Source: a virus
Lineage: Duplodnaviria; Caudoviricetes
DNA length: 24,723 nt
Direction: 5' to 3' (one strand)
IMG/VR virus record: IMGVR_UViG_3300022407_000924
Coordinates: 1 to 24,723 of that record
A model generated the notes under the pieces. It did not search any database and was not told the DNA's origin. It saw nothing but the letters and a program-made list of their open reading frames with translations. Of the stretch, positions 8,070 through 14,764 are shown piece after piece. A program made the translations under genes and the position numbers. The number at the start of each line of letters is the position of its first letter. Position 1 is the stretch's first letter.

Positions 8070-9839
8070 ATGAACAAAACACTTCACTTCCTCTCTGGTA
8101 TTCCACGCTCTGGCTCGACAGTCCTTGCGGCTATCCTTAACCAGAATCCAATGACTCATGTCTCAACAACGTCTGGTCTGGTTCATGCGCTGGATGGCTT
8201 GGCAAATACGTGGCACTCGGCTGGGTTGCTGAACGAGAATGACCCTGAGCGGAAGAAGTTAGCCCAAACAATGCGTGGCGCTATTGATGCGTTCTACGAA
8301 GACACAGAGGCTCCGGTCATCATTGACAAGTCCCGTGGCTGGCCTATTTCTCAGATCATGGCGGCTATGTCTCAAGTCCTCGGCCATAAGCCCAAAATCA
8401 TTGCTACGGTGCGCTCAGTGCCTGATTGTGCCGCTTCATTTATCCGTGTGGCAAAACCTGAGAACCTTGACAAGTTTATGTACTCCGGTCAGTTAATGGA
8501 TCACCTGAAGGCTGCTTACATCTCGCTCCAGAACGGCTACGAGTACGCCCCTGAGAACTTCTTGTTTGTTGAGTACGAAGACCTGCTGGCTGACCCTAAA
8601 GCGCAACTGGCCCGTATCCACGCCTTCCTTGAACTGCCTGACTTTTCCTACGACTTTGACAACATTGACGGCTCCACGGTAGCTGAGGATGACGAGAACC
8701 TGCACGGTCACGTAGGTATGCACGATGTCAAGCCCAAGCTGGAAGCACAGCACAAGCAAGACCCCAAAGACCTTCTCAAGTCCCATTACGGAAGTTTCTG
8801 CCAGCCTGAGTTTTGGCTAGAGCGCCCCCGCACCACCCCAGAGCTTCACGCTCTGGATTTGCAGCTTGCGGCGTCCACAACAGGTGACTTTGCTGAAGGC
8901 TGGCGCTTGGCCCAGCAACTGGAAGCTGAAGAGCCAAACAACCACCGTGCCGCTTACAACCGGGGTTGGTACTACCTGCGCCAAGGGCAGATTCAAAAGG
9001 GCTACAGCCTGATGGACAGGGGCCGTGTGGCTGGTGTCTTTGGCAACAAGCACCCCAACGTACCCACCCAGCAGTGGGACGGCAAGACCAAGGGCATCGT
9101 CCTGCTCAATCTTGAGGGTGGTCTGGGCGACCAGATTCACCAAGTGCGCTACGCCAAGTACATTGCGGCACGGGGCTGTAAGGTCATTGTGGCCTGCACA
9201 GGGTCACTCGCATCTCTGTTCGTTGATGTGGAGGGTGTCTCCTCAGTCATCCAACACGAAGCTGTATTCGGCATCTACCACGACTTTTGGGTGGCAGGTA
9301 TGTCGGCGGTAGTGCCACTTGGCTTTGAGTTGGCAGACATCTCTGGCGCTCCATACCTGACAAAGCCGACCACCATCAAAGGCCGCAAGAAACGCATTGG
9401 CCTGCGCTGGCAAGGGCAGAGTCAGTTTGAGCATGAGCACCACAAAAAGTTTCCCTACGAGTTGATGTTTACCGCCGTCAAGGACGCAGACGCTGAGTTC
9501 ATCAGTCTGCAACGGGATGAGGGTGCAGACGCCTGCCCAGCTTGGGTTAAACCCGTGCAGCTAAATAGCTGGGAAGACACCCGCGCTGCTGCGGCATCGT
9601 GCGACTTGGTGATTAGCTCCTGCACCAGCGTCAGCCACCTGTCAGCAGCTATGGGGGTTGAAACTTGGGTCATCACACCCGTCATGCCCTACTTCCTGTA
9701 CGCGCTTGATGGTGAAGCTACACCCTACTACGACAGCATAAAGCTAATGCGCCAAGAAGTATTTGGCGACTGGGCTGCTCCGTTTGATCGCATCAAAGAC
9801 CGTTTGGGCCAGAAACCCGCATTAAGGAGCGTTGCATGA
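8070..9839 (+). CDS. Sulfotransferase / TPR-like / GT9-like glycosyltransferase fusion (589 aa)
   Basis: Sulfotransferase motifs GIPRSGSTVL (5'-PSB loop), DKSR, VRSVPDCAAS (3'-PB) and YEDLLADP. Helical TPR-like EPNNHRAAYNRGWYYL. GT-B motifs EGGLGDQI, IGLRWQG and DLVISSCTSVSHLSAAMGVETWV. Confidence 0.85.
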   Translation: MNKTLHFLSGIPRSGSTVLAAILNQNPMTHVSTTSGLVHALDGLANTWHSAGLLNENDPERKKLAQTMRGAIDAFYEDTEAPVIIDKSRGWPISQIMAAMSQVLGHKPKIIATVRSVPDCAASFIRVAKPENLDKFMYSGQLMDHLKAAYISLQNGYEYAPENFLFVEYEDLLADPKAQLARIHAFLELPDFSYDFDNIDGSTVAEDDENLHGHVGMHDVKPKLEAQHKQDPKDLLKSHYGSFCQPEFWLERPRTTPELHALDLQLAASTTGDFAEGWRLAQQLEAEEPNNHRAAYNRGWYYLRQGQIQKGYSLMDRGRVAGVFGNKHPNVPTQQWDGKTKGIVLLNLEGGLGDQIHQVRYAKYIAARGCKVIVACTGSLASLFVDVEGVSSVIQHEAVFGIYHDFWVAGMSAVVPLGFELADISGAPYLTKPTTIKGRKKRIGLRWQGQSQFEHEHHKKFPYELMFTAVKDADAEFISLQRDEGADACPAWVKPVQLNSWEDTRAAAASCDLVISSCTSVSHLSAAMGVETWVITPVMPYFLYALDGEATPYYDSIKLMRQEVFGDWAAPFDRIKDRLGQKPALRSVA

Positions 9840-10228
9840 GCAATAGTTTATTTGTAAGAATTCAAAACAACGCAGTAACCGACTGCTGGGACACAGCGCC
9901 CCCTGCCGGGCAAGATGGCTGGAAATCAGCCATTGAGGTGAGGCCAGCTATCACAGCGCATCGTCAAGGCTACACCGCCCACACGTTTGACTTGTCCACT
10001 GACCCAGTGCAGATCGTGTACGGAACCTACGACATCCCAGTTGCAGACCGCAAGGTTGGCATGAAAGCCAATGCCTCGTTCAGCTTCCAGCAAGTTGTCC
10101 AAGAACAGATGCGTGATCCAGCAAGCTACGACCTCGCTGCCGTTGCCGCTGCACAAGCTGCCATCGCTCCCAAGGTTGCTGCTATTGAGGCCGCTACAAC
10201 GCATGACGAACTTGACGCGCTGATGTAA
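9836..10228 (+). CDS. Hypothetical protein, possibly tail fibre assembly/chaperone-like (130 aa)
   Basis: ATGA overlap. The C-terminal helical KVAAIEAATTHDEL pattern resembles tail-fibre assembly proteins. Confidence 0.5.
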   Translation: MSNSLFVRIQNNAVTDCWDTAPPAGQDGWKSAIEVRPAITAHRQGYTAHTFDLSTDPVQIVYGTYDIPVADRKVGMKANASFSFQQVVQEQMRDPASYDLAAVAAAQAAIAPKVAAIEAATTHDELDALM

Positions 10229-11070
10229 TGAAAAAAATCCTGATCATGGGCCTACCGGGCAGCGGCAAGACTTACCTTGCACAAGCCCTCAAAGCCTACC
10301 TTGAGAGCAACTCAAGCATCAAGAATATGCCAGCACACAAGATGCAGGACACGGTTCCAGCATCTTACAAGTGCAGCGTGGATTGGTTCAATGCTGACGA
10401 CATCCGCAAGCGGTTCAACGATTGGGATTTTAGCAAAGAGGGCCGCATCCGTCAGTCCCTGCGGATGGCTGAGTTTGCTCTCAAGTCCACTGGCGACTAT
10501 GTCATCTGCGACTTTGTGGCTCCGCTGGTGGAGATGCGGAACAACTTTAAGGCCGATTGGACTGTCTGGATGGACACCATTGACCAAGGACGCTTTGAAG
10601 ATACCAACAAGGCATTTATTCCGCCGAAGGAATATGACTTCCGTGTCACTGAGCAGAACGCCGAGAAGTGGGCTGAGTTCATTGGTCAGCACATCCTAGA
10701 CAGCCGCCGCCGCCCCGTGTTTGACTGGAAGCGGGAAACGGTGCAAATGCTGGGCCGCTGGCAACCGTGGCATCCGGGCCACAGGGCGTTGTTTGACCGG
10801 GCCATTGCCAAGACAGGGCAAGTGGTCATCCAAATCAGGGACTGCCAAGGCTGGAACGGCTCCAACCCATTTGCCGCAGAACAGGTGAAAGACCTGATCA
10901 AGCGTGACCTAGACCCCCTGTACCAAGGCCAGTACGAGATACAGCTTGTGCCCAATGTCACAAATATTACCTATGGTAGGGACGTAGGCTACAAGATTGA
11001 GCAGGAGGTGTTTGACGCTGCTACCCACGCCATCTCAGCAACTGAAATCCGAAAGAAGATGGGTGTGTGA
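10228..11070 (+). CDS. Adenylylsulfate (APS) kinase-like P-loop domain fused to a HIGH-superfamily nucleotidyltransferase
   Basis: GLPGSGKT P-loop, NADDIR, DFSKEGRIRQSLR, CDFVAPLVEMR and FIPP (CysC-like). C-terminal MLGRWQPWHPGH (HxGH), SNPF and ISATEIR. Confidence 0.8.
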   Translation: MKKILIMGLPGSGKTYLAQALKAYLESNSSIKNMPAHKMQDTVPASYKCSVDWFNADDIRKRFNDWDFSKEGRIRQSLRMAEFALKSTGDYVICDFVAPLVEMRNNFKADWTVWMDTIDQGRFEDTNKAFIPPKEYDFRVTEQNAEKWAEFIGQHILDSRRRPVFDWKRETVQMLGRWQPWHPGHRALFDRAIAKTGQVVIQIRDCQGWNGSNPFAAEQVKDLIKRDLDPLYQGQYEIQLVPNVTNITYGRDVGYKIEQEVFDAATHAISATEIRKKMGV

Positions 11071-11279
11071 TGACTGAGAAAATGATCAGCGAGACTGAGG
11101 CAAAGCTGGCTACGCATGAGGCCATCTGCGCCGAAAGATACGAGGGCATCCAGAAGAGTTTTGCCGCTGGTTCAAAACGTATGGCAAAGATTGAGTACCT
11201 GCTGTACGGCGTGATTGTCTGCGTGTTGTTTGGCCCCGGCGTAGCGGCTGATCTTGTCAAGAAAGTATTAGGGTTGTGA
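11070..11279 (+). CDS. Small coiled-coil + C-terminal TM protein (lysis-cassette-associated)
   Basis: HEAICAERY coiled coil, then hydrophobic YLLYGVIVCVLFG. Start is ATG 11070 or GTG 11067. Confidence 0.65.
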   Translation: MTEKMISETEAKLATHEAICAERYEGIQKSFAAGSKRMAKIEYLLYGVIVCVLFGPGVAADLVKKVLGL

Positions 11280-11280
11280 T

Positions 11281-11427
11281 GTGGATTTCTTTGAAATCTT
11301 GTCTAAGGCATGGCCCATCCTGCTGGCGATCATCACGCTGATCATCGTGCTAGCTAAACTCGACTTGCGGGTGGCGGTGTTGGAAGAGAAGATCAAAACT
11401 CTGTTTGAGATGTGGAACAAGAAATGA
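11281..11427 (+). CDS. 48-aa membrane protein absent from the ORF track (MDFFEILSKAWPILLAIITLIIVLAKLDLRVAVLEEKIKTLFEMWNKK)
   Basis: Translated by hand: GTG 11281 to TGA 11425-11427. Fills the gap between neighbours with an ATGA overlap; one TM helix plus coiled coil. Confidence 0.75.
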   Translation: MDFFEILSKAWPILLAIITLIIVLAKLDLRVAVLEEKIKTLFEMWNKK

Positions 11428-11648
11428 AAGCCAAGCTCACTTTCTTCGTCACCTTGATGGTCAGCATGACTTTGTGTATCGTTGTCTTGTCAATGTCCGG
11501 TGTAATGCTGCTTGGACTGTTTGATGAAAAGGTGGACAACAACAAGATTTTTGAACTTGTTGGCCCTGCATTTCAAACCATTGTTGGTGGTTTTATTGGC
11601 TTACTTGCAGGCGTCAAACTATCGCATGAGGAAGAAAAGAAATGCTAA
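11424..11648 (+). CDS. Two-TM small membrane protein (holin-like)
   Basis: ATG 11424 in an ATGA overlap. Two hydrophobic segments, PAFQTIVGGFIGLLAG, and a charged C-terminus. Confidence 0.65.
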   Translation: MKAKLTFFVTLMVSMTLCIVVLSMSGVMLLGLFDEKVDNNKIFELVGPAFQTIVGGFIGLLAGVKLSHEEEKKC

Positions 11649-12133
11649 CCCTACTCTCAACCCTCATCAGCTTTCTGGCTGGTGGCCTGCCCAAGCTGCT
11701 TGGCTTTTTCCAAGACCGTGCTGACAAAAAACATGAGATGGCGATGGCCCAGTTGCAGATTGAGCGCGAACTGGAACTCCGCAAGGCTGGCTTTGAAGCC
11801 CAGCAGCGGGTGGAGGAGATCAAAGTTGAGGGCCAAGCCATTGAAGCCGAGGCGTCAGAACGGGCCGCACTCTACGCGCACGACATAGCCATAGGACAGG
11901 GTGCTAGTCAGTGGATGGTCAACCTGCGCTCCGGTGTCAGGCCCATGCTGACCTACGGCTTTTTCGGCCTGTTTGCCTTCGTGGAAGTTGGCGGCTTTAT
12001 TTACGCTTGGCATCGGGACATTGCCTTTGATGTGCTGATTGCAAAACTGTGGGACGCCGACACACAGATTATCTTTGCCAGCATCATCAGCTTCCACTTT
12101 GGTGGACGGGCGTTCAAGGGGAGTAGGGATTGA
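11642..12133 (+). CDS. Holin-like protein (GTA 3TM holin-like)
   Basis: N-terminal hydrophobic helix, coiled coil, SGVRPMLTY and C-terminal SFHFGGR with two TM segments; directly upstream of the endolysin. Confidence 0.6.
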   Translation: MLTLLSTLISFLAGGLPKLLGFFQDRADKKHEMAMAQLQIERELELRKAGFEAQQRVEEIKVEGQAIEAEASERAALYAHDIAIGQGASQWMVNLRSGVRPMLTYGFFGLFAFVEVGGFIYAWHRDIAFDVLIAKLWDADTQIIFASIISFHFGGRAFKGSRD

Positions 12134-12606
12134 AGGTCTCCGACCGCTGCAAGGAGATGATCAAGCATCATGAAGGCGTTAGGTTTAAACCGTACCGTTG
12201 CCCAGCAAGGCTTTGGACTGTAGGAGTTGGTCATGTTTTATACCCCGCTCAAGGACGTTTACCGCTGGATCAAAGAGACGCTTTCCCGCTTGCGCCAGAG
12301 GATAGTCGGGCTTTTTCAAAGGATGAGGTAGATGGAACCCTTAGTTTTGATCTCCAGCGATTTGAAGTTGGGGTCGCCCGACTTTTTCCTCTGGTGCTTA
12401 CCCAAGGTCAAAATGATGCTCTTGTCAGCTTTGCTTTTAATCTGGGTTTGGGGGGCGTACAGCGAAGCACCCTCCGTCAAAAGGTTCTTCGGGGCGAGAC
12501 GCAAGAAGCGGCAGATGAGTTCTTGAAATTTGTAAGGGGTGGGGGTAAAATCCTACCGGGGCTAGTCAAGCGTCGCAATGACGAACGTGCCCTGTTCCTG
12601 TCTTAA
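12130..12606 (+). CDS. Endolysin, GH24 phage lysozyme
   Basis: HEG..(E-x8-C-x5-T)..WTVGVGH, DALVSFAFNLG, STL, GLVKRRNDERALFL. TTG start in a TTGA overlap. Confidence 0.92.
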   Translation: MKVSDRCKEMIKHHEGVRFKPYRCPARLWTVGVGHVLYPAQGRLPLDQRDAFPLAPEDSRAFSKDEVDGTLSFDLQRFEVGVARLFPLVLTQGQNDALVSFAFNLGLGGVQRSTLRQKVLRGETQEAADEFLKFVRGGGKILPGLVKRRNDERALFLS

Positions 12607-12635
12607 AAACGCAACGTCGGATAACGGAGAACACA

Positions 12636-13271
12636 ATGACAGTCGCAGCCGTAATGACGTACGACAGTTTGGTTAACGACATCCAGACCTATCTGGAGCG
12701 CACAGACCAGCAGACGCTAGACAAAATTCCGCAGTTCATCATGCTGGCAGAGCAGATTATTGCGGCTGAGATCAAATTTCTTGGCAACCTGACTGTAGCC
12801 ACAAGCACCATGGTGGCCTCTGATAATGTTATCCCCAAGCCCGCACGCTGGCGCAAAACGGTTTCAATGAACGTCACCGTGGCAGGCAAGCGCCAGCCTG
12901 TTCTGCTTCGTACCTACGAGTACATCCGTGAGTATTGGCCAGAAGCGGCCAGCACGGACGTACCGTTATTTTTTTGCGACTACGACTACACGCACTGGTT
13001 GGTAGGGCCCACCCCCACATTGGCCTACTCCTACGAGGTGCTGTACTACGAGCGCTTGCAGCCCTTGGACTCATCAAACCAATCAAGCTGGTTTACCCAG
13101 TACGCCCCGCAAGCGCTGCTGTATGGCACTTTGCTGCAAGCCATGCCGTTCATCAAGAATGACGAACGCATGCCTATGTGGCAAAGCAACTACGACAAAA
13201 TCATTGAAGTCCTGAAGACGGAGAACGTCATTCGTGCCGCCGATCGTCAGGCGATTGTGAGGGATTCATGA
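12636..13271 (+). CDS. Tail adaptor / tail tubular A-like protein
   Basis: GGAGA SD. MTYDSLVNDIQTYLER...IPQFIMLAE...GPTP...Y.VLYY...APQALLYGTL is the pattern of podovirus adaptor rings. Confidence 0.7.
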   Translation: MTVAAVMTYDSLVNDIQTYLERTDQQTLDKIPQFIMLAEQIIAAEIKFLGNLTVATSTMVASDNVIPKPARWRKTVSMNVTVAGKRQPVLLRTYEYIREYWPEAASTDVPLFFCDYDYTHWLVGPTPTLAYSYEVLYYERLQPLDSSNQSSWFTQYAPQALLYGTLLQAMPFIKNDERMPMWQSNYDKIIEVLKTENVIRAADRQAIVRDS

Positions 13272-14764
13272 GTTTTAATAGCCCGTTTACCGGTCAGGTA
13301 ATTCAGCCAACCGACGTTTCATATCGAAGCATCACGCTTTCCGAAGACAGCACGCTGTCGTGGCCAATTAACGGCAGCGACACAGACAACGCGGCCGCCC
13401 GGGTCATGGACGTCACGTCGCTGTCAAGCGGCTTGGTCCTTGCTGGCGTCCTTGTTGCAGGCACGGGCGGGCAGTGCTCTTGCACCACTACCCCCAGCCT
13501 TTTCGTTGGCCAAGCCGTCGTTGTCACTGGGACTCTAACCGGCACGGCGACAGGCATTGTCACTGGCAATACCTACTACATCATTCTCACCAACGGCACG
13601 ACTACCTTTACGCTGTCGGCTACTTCAGGCGGCACGGCGGTGGCCACCACGGCCGGCACGACGACCGGCCTGACCTTCACGCTTGACTCGTTCACCTTGG
13701 ACATGCCGCCTGCAAATCAGGCGTCGGTGGGTATTGATGCCTTGTTCCGCAACGTCGGCTCTTACAGTTTTGAGGTCAGGACTTACGCAGGCGGCTCAAT
13801 CGTCACAATCGCCCCCGGTGAGGCTAAGTACATCTACCTGACCACCAACGCCACCACGGCGGGCACATGGGGACTAATAGCCTTTGGCGTGGGTACATCC
13901 AACGTGGATGCGGCCACCCTTGCTGGATTTGGCCTCAAGGCCATCTCTAACACCTTGAACGGGGCTATTGAGGTCAACACCTTTGCGTCCAACTACACCG
14001 CTCTGGCCACGGACCGTGCCTCAACTTATGTCTGGACTGGCGGCGCTGGCACCCTAACCCTAACGTCAGCCGTTACATTGGGCAATGATTGGTACATGAT
14101 GGTCCGCAACGGCGGGACTGGCACGCTGACCATTGCGCCATCTGGCGGTGACCTAATTAATGGCGCTGCAAATATTTCATTGCAGCCGGCCGACTCTTGT
14201 GTGCTTTGCTGCTCCGGCTCTGCCTTCTTCACTGTTGGCTTGGGCCGTAGCACTCAGTTCAACTTTACCCAGCTCACCAAGGCTGTGGTGTCTGGGAGCT
14301 ACACCCTGACCGCCGCCGAGGCCGCCAATGTAATTCAAAAGTACACCGGAACTCTGTCAGCCAATGTGACCGTGGTTCTGCCCCAAACCGTGCAGGTGTA
14401 CTACATCACGAACCAGACCAATGGTGGCGGCCCCGGCTATCAGATTACTTTTACCACGAGCGGTGGCGGGTCCACGGCGGTTGTTCCGGCCGGCCAGCAG
14501 GTAATTTTGCTGTGCGACTCAATCAACTTGCTCAACGCCTCTACGATCGCCGCCGGCGCGTTAAATATATCTCTGGCGGACGGCACAGTGGGCGCTCCAT
14601 CGCTGAACTTTGGAACGGAAACGTCAACGGGCGTTTACCGCCCCGGCTCCGGCGAGTTCGGTATTGCAATCTTGGGCGTCAAGCTGTTTGGGCTGACTGC
14701 TACTGGGTTGAACATACCGGGCACCGGGAACTTTACTGGGGGTGTTCAGGGCGGGCTTTTCTGA
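13268..14764 (+). CDS. Tail structural/fibre-like protein (498 aa)
   Basis: ATGA overlap; G/T/S-rich beta domains, DGTVGAPSLNF motif, C-terminal GGLF; lies between the adaptor and nozzle genes. Confidence 0.7.
   Translation: MSFNSPFTGQVIQPTDVSYRSITLSEDSTLSWPINGSDTDNAAARVMDVTSLSSGLVLAGVLVAGTGGQCSCTTTPSLFVGQAVVVTGTLTGTATGIVTGNTYYIILTNGTTTFTLSATSGGTAVATTAGTTTGLTFTLDSFTLDMPPANQASVGIDALFRNVGSYSFEVRTYAGGSIVTIAPGEAKYIYLTTNATTAGTWGLIAFGVGTSNVDAATLAGFGLKAISNTLNGAIEVNTFASNYTALATDRASTYVWTGGAGTLTLTSAVTLGNDWYMMVRNGGTGTLTIAPSGGDLINGAANISLQPADSCVLCCSGSAFFTVGLGRSTQFNFTQLTKAVVSGSYTLTAAEAANVIQKYTGTLSANVTVVLPQTVQVYYITNQTNGGGPGYQITFTTSGGGSTAVVPAGQQVILLCDSINLLNASTIAAGALNISLADGTVGAPSLNFGTETSTGVYRPGSGEFGIAILGVKLFGLTATGLNIPGTGNFTGGVQGGLF

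Noticed and set aside
12172-12219. Cys replacing the catalytic Asp in the lysozyme (E-x8-C-x5-T)
   Set aside because: Known variant among GH24 phage lysozymes (e.g. P1 Lyz); neither novel nor a sign of inactivation.
14512-14763. Upstream ORF-track starts (417, 2152, 2695, 6359, 14512, 17449, 18075)
   Set aside because: They overlap upstream genes; internal starts with SD sequences or stop/start overlaps fit better.
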